Shown piece after piece: positions 16,540 through 24,639 of a stretch of DNA of 64,000 nucleotides (the first letter of the stretch is position 1; every line of letters starts with the position of its first letter). This stretch comes from Phocaeicola dorei. Its GTDB lineage: Bacteria > Bacillota > Clostridia > Christensenellales > Aristaeellaceae. The stretch is taken from NCBI GenBank assembly GCA_963627465.1, contig CAVGBO010000016.1, forward strand, positions 13,159-77,158, written 5' to 3'. The notes beneath the pieces were generated by a model, which was not told where the DNA came from, did not search any database, and saw nothing but the letters and a program-made list of their open reading frames with translations. Position numbers and translations under genes: made by a program.

Positions 16540-18225
16540 TTATGCTTTCCCGGTAATGGTCATGTGATGGGCAAAGAAGCCTTCCATGGCATGGGAACGC
16601 ATCTTCAAATCGTAATCCGCATGGCTCTCCAAGTAGTCCTGGAAATTGTCGCTGCCGTAAACAAGCCGTGCCAGGGTATCAATGGGCAGAGAAAGATCAT
16701 AGTCCCGGTCAATCTCCTGAACCTTCTTTCCTGCTTCTCCGCAGTCAATCCGGTAAGTAGCATTGTTCTGCTTCAGGATGGGATCCGTCACCTGCAAAAC
16801 GAAATAGCCTTCACGGGCGGAGTTCGGCATTAGCCGCAGCACCTCTTCCGCATCCACAATGCGGATCATGGCCGTGGTGGTGCGCAGTTTCTTTTTCTTT
16901 TCGCCGCAGTCAATCTGCTCCTCAGCATTCACGCAGGGGATGTACCCCATGGAAGCAAAGAGCATAGGCTTCTCCGTCCGCACGTAGGACACGGCCACCT
17001 TCTCCTGATACAGGGTGGACAGGGTTTCGCGAATCTTCTGCTCCTGAGAACGATTCTGGCCATACAGGTAGGCAATCATGAGGCCGACGCAGGCCGTACA
17101 GCCCTGCAGCACCACCGTGAAGAACCTAAGCCGCAGCAGCTCCGGCGTACGGAACTCCAGCACCGTGGCCGGGGTCTGCCACACGTTCCAGAAGGCGGTT
17201 GTGATGTCGCTCCACTCCACCAGTACCGTAGGCACCCATTCCGTAAAGGTGTACACAGGGCGAATCAGGTAATTCACCAGCAGTGCCAAGCCGCCGGCGC
17301 AGATCACGTAGCCCACGGCAAACAGGACAATCCGCAGCATCAGCTGAGGCATTAAGCGGACAGCATAGGTCTTTTGCAATTCCGCCTGATACTGCCGGTG
17401 ATAGGCAGCCACTTCTCTGTTCAGCCGCTTGATCACCCGCATCACGATTACAAATCCAATGAGGAAAATCAGCACCCGAAGCCACAGGGTGGCAGCCATG
17501 GTTTCCTTCCCCAGGTCAATGACGGTACCGCCTTCCTTCCACTGCTTCATGGTGTTGGTGAAGGTTACGTTTGCACCAGAGCCACTGATGGGCGTTGCCT
17601 CCACCACAATGGCGGTAGGCTGGATGCTTTGGCTGACCAGGCTCATCAGCGGAATGTAAGCACCCATATCCATATAGTCGCCTACTCGCTTTTCGTGGCG
17701 AACAACGCCCACGATGCGGTACGCTTCCCCGTTCAGCAGCACCGTGCGGTCAATGGGATCTGCTACCGAGTACAACTTCAGTGCCAGTTGCTCATCCACC
17801 ATGATGACCTTGTCGCCGTTCTTCAGTTCCTCATCATAGAAGGTGCGGCCATAGAGGATATACCGTGGATGAACGGCAAATGCGTTTTCCCCCAGCAGGT
17901 CAATACGGGCATCGCCGGAGGCTTCCTCTGTGGCATTGGAGACGGTTGTGCTCTGGATTACGCCCCCCATGGTCCACTTTGCAATAGCCTCGGACATATC
18001 CTCCGCTGCCGTCTCCAAGGACTCCTGCCAGTCCTTCAGCCCTTGGTTGGGCTGAACCTTGTTTGCATCGCTGTCACTGCCGGATGTATCCGCCTGCTGA
18101 AGTTCCGGCGGGGACACCACATATTGGAGGGTGCTGCCCACGCCATTCACCTGAATCAGGCTGTAGGTCATGACGCCGAGAAAAATCAGCAGCAGCACCA
18201 CGAGGCCCCGGAATTTTTTCTTCAT
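16540..18225 (-). CDS. MacB/FtsX-like ABC-type permease (extracytoplasmic MacB_PCD-like domain, 4 TM) fused to a C-terminal SCP2-like (Eis C-terminal type) domain
   Basis: TM1 followed by an extracytoplasmic domain of about 220 aa (NGDKVIMVDEQLALKLYSVADPIDRTVLLNGEAYRIVGVV). Three further TM helices. Cytoplasmic tail VLQVTDPILKQNNATYRIDCGEAGKKVQEIDRDYDLSLPIDTLARLVYG resembles sterol-carrier-type domains of Eis-like acetyltransferases. Confidence 0.65.
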   Translation of the reverse strand: MKKKFRGLVVLLLIFLGVMTYSLIQVNGVGSTLQYVVSPPELQQADTSGSDSDANKVQPNQGLKDWQESLETAAEDMSEAIAKWTMGGVIQSTTVSNATEEASGDARIDLLGENAFAVHPRYILYGRTFYDEELKNGDKVIMVDEQLALKLYSVADPIDRTVLLNGEAYRIVGVVRHEKRVGDYMDMGAYIPLMSLVSQSIQPTAIVVEATPISGSGANVTFTNTMKQWKEGGTVIDLGKETMAATLWLRVLIFLIGFVIVMRVIKRLNREVAAYHRQYQAELQKTYAVRLMPQLMLRIVLFAVGYVICAGGLALLVNYLIRPVYTFTEWVPTVLVEWSDITTAFWNVWQTPATVLEFRTPELLRLRFFTVVLQGCTACVGLMIAYLYGQNRSQEQKIRETLSTLYQEKVAVSYVRTEKPMLFASMGYIPCVNAEEQIDCGEKKKKLRTTTAMIRIVDAEEVLRLMPNSAREGYFVLQVTDPILKQNNATYRIDCGEAGKKVQEIDRDYDLSLPIDTLARLVYGSDNFQDYLESHADYDLKMRSHAMEGFFAHHMTITGKA

Positions 18226-18240
18226 TCCTGCCGCCTCCCA

Positions 18241-19611
18241 TCAGTTCACGTATTCCATCACAGCCATGCCATCGCTGAGTGCCCGGTCTTCCTGATAAGC
18301 AATGGTCTGATAGGAGAAATCCTCCTGCACGGCGTACTGCTTATCATTCTTTTCAATCACGGTCACGGAGGTCTTCACAGCCTTCTTGCTGTTGCTGGTC
18401 AGGAAGCCGCCGTTGCTGTCCTGCACGACGAAGACGTAGTAGCTGCTGCCATCGCTGCGCACAGCAGATGCGGGCAGCAAGGTGGTGGATTCCTTGGCAC
18501 GATAGGTAATGGTAGCCTGCACGCCGCCGTTATTCAGTGCCTGACGAATGGCAGAATTGCCCGGCTCCTGCATGGATTCCGGCAGGTCAATCAGCAAATA
18601 CTTGCTGCCGTTGGTTTCCGTGCGGGTAGCCTGCACCGTGGTCTTTTCCGTACCGGAGTCGCTGTCCCCCAGGGTGACCTTGGTGCCGTTGGAAATCGTC
18701 CGATCCACGCCGGTCAAGGAAGCCTTCAGCAGGGGTGTGGAGTCCTCCGCCGTCATGGTGTAAGCAGCCTTGGCACCATCGTAGCTGTCCCCTGCCGCAA
18801 CATCCACGGAAACGATCCATCCGTCATGGGGGGCAGTAATGGTAGCCAGTGCAGACACACGGCTGTCCAGCTCAATCATCTGGTCGCTCAGGTCATCCAT
18901 TTCATCCTGCAAAGCATTCCGCTTCTTGATGTAGTCAAAGGTATCGCTGCTGACCTTCAGCTTCTTATCCTCGTAAGTGGCATAGAAGGCCGTGCTCGCC
19001 TCATCGTAGGTGGACTTGGCAGCAATGGCCTTATTCACCGCATCGGTCACTTCCTGGGGCACATCCTTCACGGCGGCCAGCTGCTTTTTCCAGGTGGTTA
19101 CGTCGCTGCCCAAGGTAATGCCGTTTTGCATGGCCAGTTTCCGTGCCTCATAGGTGCGCTTGCTCAGGTCGCTCTGCTTCTCCACCATTTCGGCATACAG
19201 CTCATTCTGCCGGCTTTCCTTGGAAAGCTTCCGGTTGGTAATGTCCAGCTCCAGCAGCTCGGTTGCCTTGCTGTCATAGGAGTCCTGCAGCTTCTGCAGG
19301 TCTTCTTCATAGCTGCCCACTGTGGTGGTGAAGATGGTGTCCCCCTTGCTGACGTAGGAACCTGCCTTCACATACACCTTGTTCACGGTAACGGCCGTTT
19401 TCTTGGCCTCCGCCACGGTCACTTCCTCCGTTTCCGGGAAGTAAACCTCGGCAGTCAGCTTGTAGGACTGTTCCAGCCGACCCTTGGTGGGGGTATACAT
19501 GCGAACCTTAGGGGTGGTGATGGTCTGCACCGTGCGGGCGAAGAACATGCACAGTGCCACAACCACAGCCAGAATGATGAGTCCTCGCAGGGCAAATCTC
19601 TTGAGCTTCAT
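18241..19611 (-). CDS. HlyD-family / efflux periplasmic adaptor (membrane fusion) protein
   Basis: N-terminal TM, lipoyl-like hairpin halves (VYVKAGSYVSKGDTIFT ... ITAPHDGWIVSVDVAAGDSYDG) flanking a long coiled coil. ATG 19611 follows the RBS GGAGG. Confidence 0.8.
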   Translation of the reverse strand: MKLKRFALRGLIILAVVVALCMFFARTVQTITTPKVRMYTPTKGRLEQSYKLTAEVYFPETEEVTVAEAKKTAVTVNKVYVKAGSYVSKGDTIFTTTVGSYEEDLQKLQDSYDSKATELLELDITNRKLSKESRQNELYAEMVEKQSDLSKRTYEARKLAMQNGITLGSDVTTWKKQLAAVKDVPQEVTDAVNKAIAAKSTYDEASTAFYATYEDKKLKVSSDTFDYIKKRNALQDEMDDLSDQMIELDSRVSALATITAPHDGWIVSVDVAAGDSYDGAKAAYTMTAEDSTPLLKASLTGVDRTISNGTKVTLGDSDSGTEKTTVQATRTETNGSKYLLIDLPESMQEPGNSAIRQALNNGGVQATITYRAKESTTLLPASAVRSDGSSYYVFVVQDSNGGFLTSNSKKAVKTSVTVIEKNDKQYAVQEDFSYQTIAYQEDRALSDGMAVMEYVN

Positions 19612-19640
19612 CGAAATAACCTCCATGCAGGTGAAATGGA

Positions 19641-20540
19641 TTACTTAAGCTCGCTGAGCTGAATACCGGCCACAATATCCTCCTGGAAGTACAGGTAGAT
19701 CAGCAGCGTAGGCAGGATGTACAGTGCAGAGCCGGCAAAGGCCACCTCTGCGCCTTCCGTGGAAATCTGGTTAAACATGGTGGACAGAGGCTGCAGGGAC
19801 GAGGCATTGGCCAGGTACACCAGGGGCTGTTCCACCATGTTCCAGCAGTCCGCAAAGGAAAGTGCCGCCGCCGCACCAAGGATGGGACGGCATACCGGCA
19901 AAATCACGTGAATGAACCCACGGAAGGGGCCTACGCCGTCTACCATGCCGGCTTCCAACAATTCATTAGGGATGGAGACCATGAACTGCCGCAGCAGGAA
20001 GATGTAGAAGGGCGAAAAGCACATGGGCAGGATCACCGCCCAAATGGTGTTCATCAGCCCCAGCCACCGAAGCACCATCACGCTGGGCGCCATGGTGACC
20101 TGGAAGGGCAGAATCATCAGCACCAGCACGAAGAAGAAGATCACATCCCTGCCTCGGAAGGTGAAGCGACTCAGGGCATAGGCGGTCAAGGGAATAATCA
20201 TAGCCTGCCCCAGCAGAATGGCTGCCGCATACATCACCGAGTTGCAGAAGTATTGCAGGTAGGTGGGATTTTCAATCAAAATGGTGTAATACTGCCGGAG
20301 AGAAAACTGCGCCGGCGAGTAGATCACATCCATCCACCTGTTGGCATCATAGTTATTCCGCTGCCCCAGCCAAGCCTTGATTTCGCTGGTGGGGAAGAAG
20401 GAATACAGGAACGTGCAGATAATCGGAACCAGAATCAGCGCAGAAAGAATCACCAGCAGGATCATTGCGATCCATCCTCCAAGGGAAAGCCGATTGAGGC
20501 GATGTCTTCTGCGGCGGTGCGCCGTATGCATACTGCTCAT
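19641..20540 (-). CDS. Carbohydrate (CUT1-type) ABC transporter permease, MalG-like
   Basis: 6-TM protein with EAA loop NELLEAGMVDGVGPFRGFIHVILPVCRPIL. Confidence 0.9.
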   Translation of the reverse strand: MSSMHTAHRRRRHRLNRLSLGGWIAMILLVILSALILVPIICTFLYSFFPTSEIKAWLGQRNNYDANRWMDVIYSPAQFSLRQYYTILIENPTYLQYFCNSVMYAAAILLGQAMIIPLTAYALSRFTFRGRDVIFFFVLVLMILPFQVTMAPSVMVLRWLGLMNTIWAVILPMCFSPFYIFLLRQFMVSIPNELLEAGMVDGVGPFRGFIHVILPVCRPILGAAAALSFADCWNMVEQPLVYLANASSLQPLSTMFNQISTEGAEVAFAGSALYILPTLLIYLYFQEDIVAGIQLSELK

Positions 20541-20551
20541 TCTCCTTTCCC

Positions 20552-21406
20552 TTACGCTTTATCCGGTGAGCGGACAGCCTTGGAGGCATACATCAGTGCA
20601 AACAGTGCCATGACACCCACAGCGAAAATATAGGCAGCGGATGTTACATCCTGATAGTCCAGCTTGGCGTACTTGTTATTCATGAAATGCTGGAGGGTGT
20701 AAATGGCATCCGACGGATAAGCGCCGGAAATGAAGTACACTTCCTTGAAGATCTTGAAGGCATTCACCCAGCTGAGCACAAACACCAGGAAGGCCGTGGG
20801 CAAAATCTGTGGCAGAGTAATGCGGAAAGCCTGGGTAAACCAGCCTGCCCCTTCCAGAGAAGCGTACTCATACAAGGAAGGATGCACCGCACTGAGCGCA
20901 GATGCAAACAACACCACGGAGAAGCCAAGATTCTTCCAGATGTACAGCAGCACCACAGGCACCCGCAGGGCTACGCCATCCAGCCAAACCACCCGTTCCA
21001 ACCCCAAGGCCACCACCAGCCGGTTGATTACGCCGCCATAGTCAAACATGGTCAGCCAGATCAGCAGCATGGCCGAGGAAGGCATCAGGTACGGCAGCAG
21101 CAGAATGTTGCGGAACGCCGTGGAGCGTTCTTTCAGCATCTTCAGCATGGCAGCCAGCAGAAAGGACAGAAGCCAAATCACGGGAGCGCACAGGATGGAC
21201 AGCTCCCATGTGTTCTTAAGTCCCAGCTGAAACATGCTGTTCTGCATGACACGGCGGTAGTTATCCAGTCCTACAAAGTTATTCTGGAAGGTTCCGTCCA
21301 GCAGGGAATAGTAAATTCCCCCAATGAAGGGAGCCACATAAAACAGGATAAGCCCCGCCATGCCGGGCAGAAGCAGGAGCCACACAATCTTCTTCTTGTG
21401 AAACAC
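20552..21406 (-). CDS. Carbohydrate (CUT1-type) ABC transporter permease, MalF-like
   Basis: N-terminus KKIVWLLLLPGMAGLILFYVAPFIGGIYYSLLDG. EAA loop YEYASLEGAGWFTQAFRITLPQILP. Confidence 0.9.
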   Translation of the reverse strand: MFHKKKIVWLLLLPGMAGLILFYVAPFIGGIYYSLLDGTFQNNFVGLDNYRRVMQNSMFQLGLKNTWELSILCAPVIWLLSFLLAAMLKMLKERSTAFRNILLLPYLMPSSAMLLIWLTMFDYGGVINRLVVALGLERVVWLDGVALRVPVVLLYIWKNLGFSVVLFASALSAVHPSLYEYASLEGAGWFTQAFRITLPQILPTAFLVFVLSWVNAFKIFKEVYFISGAYPSDAIYTLQHFMNNKYAKLDYQDVTSAAYIFAVGVMALFALMYASKAVRSPDKA

Positions 21407-21432
21407 AAGAGCATCCTCCCTTACGTGTCGGA

Positions 21433-21463
21433 GGGCAGAGGCGGCTTTTCACCGGCTCTGCCC
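21433..21463 (-). other. Intercistronic stem-loop between the SBP and permease genes
   Basis: 8-bp stem GGGCAGAG / CTCTGCCC with no T-tract. Such SBP-distal hairpins commonly stabilise the upstream mRNA segment. Confidence 0.35.
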
Positions 21464-21486
21464 CGACGAAGGTTTCAATCAGGCGA

Positions 21487-23892
21487 TTACTCGTCTTCCA
21501 TGCGCATCATGCGCATCTTGTTGTCCGCCTCCCGGATGAACTGATCCAAGGTGATCTGTCCCCCATTGTACCGGGTAACCAGATTCCTCAGCTCACTGTT
21601 GGAGTCGGAGGAAGAACCGGAAGAGACAAACGAAGGCTTGCGAATGCAGATCTTCGGCACCACATTCTCAAGATAGTACTGAATCGCCTCGGCAGAAATA
21701 TCGTACTCATATTGGGGCAAGGTTTTCTCGATGTATTCTTCCTCGCTCTTGATGGATTCTTCAATGTACTGCTTGTCAGCCTCATCAGCGGTTTCCAGCT
21801 GCTTCTTCAGGCTATCCAGGTATTCCTGTTCGCTGCTCAGCATCCGGTCATAGCTGGAGTTTCTCACAGGCTCCGTCATGTCGGTGAACAGGGTGTACTT
21901 CGTGGCATTGTCCAGTGCCTCCAGGGTGCAGTTCAACAGGTTCAGTGCCGCTTCCATATGGGTGGAGTTGGGATTGATGAACAACACTGTCATACTGGTG
22001 CTGAAGAACTCCTCGGTGTCTGCAGTCAGGGTGATGGGCAAATACTTGGCATACTCATTCTTCCCCGTCATCCAGGAGAAGTCGCCCACCGTGGTGTTGT
22101 ATTGATTCAGCAAGCCGGTTCGATAGGTATCATTGGCCTCGTCGTCCGCCATTTGTTTATCAATCTGGTCGCACTCAACCTTTTCCCATGCCTGCATCAT
22201 TTCACGGAACGCAGGGGTATCAAAGGTAATGTCCTTGCCTTCATAGTTGCAATAGTCGATATAGGTGGAAAGCATGATACTCAGCAATTCCGCTTTCAAG
22301 CCGGTTGAGCCGGTACCCTCCATCAACCAATACTCAGGATATTCATCCACAAACTCGTCGTTCCAGCGGGTGATGAATTCGCACAGCTCAACGAAGTTGG
22401 TCGGCAGTTCTTCTTCCGTAAGGCCTACCTCTTTCAGCACGCCGGTATCATAGAACCAGCTTCCGCTGCCATAGACGTTGTAAGGGATTGCATACAGCTT
22501 GCCGTCCTTCATCACCTGGTTCTGGAAAACAGGATACATGCGGCTGATAGCATCGGTCAACGCAGTGCAGCCAGACAGGTCAGCGCAGTACCCTTTCTTC
22601 ATCAGGGTTTCAAAGGAGCCGTAGGTAACGCTCATAGCAAAGACATCTACTGTGTTGTCTCCGCTGACCATGGCCTGGTTAATGCTTTCCATGCTGGAGT
22701 AATAGTTGTTATCGAAATAAACAGGAATGTTGGGATACCGCTCCGTAAAGAGTTGAGCACCTTCGTACATATAGCCCATGTTGGCAACCATCAGGTATTG
22801 ATCCGACTGGAAGCCCAGATTCAGATCCCGAGCCACGGTGCTCTCGTAGCTGGCGGCAATGTAGGTCTTGCCAATGGTGGCGGCATAGCCTACATAGTCA
22901 ACAGGCATATAGCCAATCTGCTTCTTGGTGAACTGATCCCCCACGAAGCCCATCACTTTGGTGTTGTTCTGATAAATGATGGTATCCAGTGCTGCACAGT
23001 ACAAGAACGTATTCGAATAGGTATCCATCTTGCCGATGCTCTGCGCTGTATCCGTTGCCGGATCATAAATGGCCAAATCGCCGTAATCGTGCGTTTGGGT
23101 TTCTGCATTATAGACATTATCCGCGTCCCACAAGCGAACAACTGCCTTGCCATCCTTATAACCGGTCAGACCATACACATGCTCAACAGCAGAGGTCTTT
23201 ACTGCGCCGGTCGCCAGATCAGCAATGTACAGCTTATTGGCAGACTTGTCGTTGTCATCCCAGTCGTTAATGAAGACCAGCAGCTTATCCCCCGTTACGG
23301 TAGCGGAAACGCTGTTGCCACCGATCACGTAGGAAGTGCCATCATCAGAATACACATGGAAGAAAAGGTTCGTCTCTTGCAGGGTGACGATATCTTTGTA
23401 AACCAGTCCGTCGCCATCCACCTGAATCTCAAATACCAAGCCTGTGAAGGGATTCACAGACATTAGCCGTGTGCCGTCCGTAAACAGGTTGCCCAGTACG
23501 TGATCCGTATCGGCAATGCCCTTTTCCACCGCATCTGCCTTCAGGGTTTCTACATCGCTGTAGTCAGACGCAAACAGCAGCGTGCTGGTCTTGTAGCTGC
23601 CGCCATTGTCATTGGTTGCTTCCTTCAGACCGATCATTTTTTCTTTTTCCATGCCGGGCTGCCAGTAGGCAAGTGCTCTGCCGTAGCTGGTGTACATCGA
23701 AGCATACAGCGTGCTGCCCACAGCCGTCATGGACTCAAGGGAATAATAATTGGCATCATCCGTCGAACTGAAAAGATTCTCCGGCACATCCGCCGCCGTA
23801 AAGGATTGATCCTCCGCCACAGCTCCGCTCAAGGTCAGGCAGGAGCATATCATCACCAATGCACAGAGGAAGGAAAACAACTTCTGCTTCAT
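21487..23892 (-). CDS. Large (801 aa) extracellular solute-binding protein: about 350-aa N-terminal beta-rich extension plus a family-1 type SBP module
   Basis: Signal/lipobox-like MKQKLFSFLCALVMICSCLTLSG. The C-terminal half has an SBP_bac_1/8-like pattern (VDVFAMSVTYGSFETLMKKGYCADL, GKLYAIPYNVYGSGSWFYDTGVLKEVGLTEEELPTNF). ATG 23892 follows the RBS AAAGGAG. Confidence 0.75.
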   Translation of the reverse strand: MKQKLFSFLCALVMICSCLTLSGAVAEDQSFTAADVPENLFSSTDDANYYSLESMTAVGSTLYASMYTSYGRALAYWQPGMEKEKMIGLKEATNDNGGSYKTSTLLFASDYSDVETLKADAVEKGIADTDHVLGNLFTDGTRLMSVNPFTGLVFEIQVDGDGLVYKDIVTLQETNLFFHVYSDDGTSYVIGGNSVSATVTGDKLLVFINDWDDNDKSANKLYIADLATGAVKTSAVEHVYGLTGYKDGKAVVRLWDADNVYNAETQTHDYGDLAIYDPATDTAQSIGKMDTYSNTFLYCAALDTIIYQNNTKVMGFVGDQFTKKQIGYMPVDYVGYAATIGKTYIAASYESTVARDLNLGFQSDQYLMVANMGYMYEGAQLFTERYPNIPVYFDNNYYSSMESINQAMVSGDNTVDVFAMSVTYGSFETLMKKGYCADLSGCTALTDAISRMYPVFQNQVMKDGKLYAIPYNVYGSGSWFYDTGVLKEVGLTEEELPTNFVELCEFITRWNDEFVDEYPEYWLMEGTGSTGLKAELLSIMLSTYIDYCNYEGKDITFDTPAFREMMQAWEKVECDQIDKQMADDEANDTYRTGLLNQYNTTVGDFSWMTGKNEYAKYLPITLTADTEEFFSTSMTVLFINPNSTHMEAALNLLNCTLEALDNATKYTLFTDMTEPVRNSSYDRMLSSEQEYLDSLKKQLETADEADKQYIEESIKSEEEYIEKTLPQYEYDISAEAIQYYLENVVPKICIRKPSFVSSGSSSDSNSELRNLVTRYNGGQITLDQFIREADNKMRMMRMEDE

Positions 23893-24003
23893 TGCAAAGT
23901 CTCCTTTCACCGGGTGTTTTCTGTGTTACACCTATAAGACGGATCAGAAGGGCGTTTTATTGCATCGTTCACAAATTCTTCACAATTTCATCACAAAACT
24001 TTT

Positions 24004-24486
24004 TCAGTCCACCCCGGACAGCTGCTGGGACAGGGTTTGCAGGGAGTTATACAGGGACGTTTGCTGCTCAGAGGTGTTCATGCCCGTCAGCAGCTGGCTG
24101 GAATACGCGTCAATAATGCTGTACAGATTGGTAAACCAGTCTTCGGAGATGATATAGCCGTTGCTGCCGTCCATGCCCACGCTTAGGGAATTGATGGTCT
24201 CCATGGCATACACGTAACTGCGAATCTTGGACAGGGTGGAGGTAGAGCTCGTGCCTGCCGTTCTGCTGAGAGAGCCGGAAAGATCCAGCGCATTGCCGCA
24301 CTCCAGCTGGATGCGTGCCAAATACAGCTGACGTGCGTCGTTCTTAAACTTCACCGCCGGAACGCCCACAATCAGCCCCACCACCAGTGCGGCCAGCAAA
24401 ACGATAATCAGCAGGGTCTTTGCCCGCTCCTTCAGTCCCGGTGCGCCGGTGTTGCCTCTTGCTCGATTCGTGGAATAACGATACAT
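24004..24486 (-). CDS. Hypothetical single-pass membrane protein (160 aa)
   Basis: ATG follows the RBS GGAGG. Basic N-terminus, TM helix LLIIVLLAALVVGLIVGVPAV, S/T-rich ectodomain. No family recognised. Confidence 0.5.
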   Translation of the reverse strand: MYRYSTNRARGNTGAPGLKERAKTLLIIVLLAALVVGLIVGVPAVKFKNDARQLYLARIQLECGNALDLSGSLSRTAGTSSTSTLSKIRSYVYAMETINSLSVGMDGSNGYIISEDWFTNLYSIIDAYSSQLLTGMNTSEQQTSLYNSLQTLSQQLSGVD

Positions 24487-24602
24487 ATGATTGAACCTCC
24501 ATGATGTATTCATTTCAGGATCGATTGTCCGTGCTTCATCTTATCACAAGTCCTGCCTTGTGGCAAGTTGCTGAAAAATGCAGCAGCACGGTTACTTTAC
24601 GT

Positions 24603-24637
24603 GAAAAGGAGAGGCTCTCTCGAACCCCTCCCCTTTT
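24603..24637 (-). terminator. Rho-independent terminator after the VanW gene
   Basis: On the minus strand: AAGGGGAGG - loop - CCTCTCCTT (one G-U pair) followed by TTTT-containing sequence. It begins 3 nt after the stop at 24640. Confidence 0.5.
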
Positions 24638-24639
24638 CA

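Noticed and set aside
17374-19662. 762-aa plus-strand ORF spanning the MacB-like permease and HlyD genes
   Set aside because: It is a shadow ORF crossing two real minus-strand genes and their intergenic gap. Its composition (H, G, L, Q, A runs) is typical of the antisense of GC3-biased genes.
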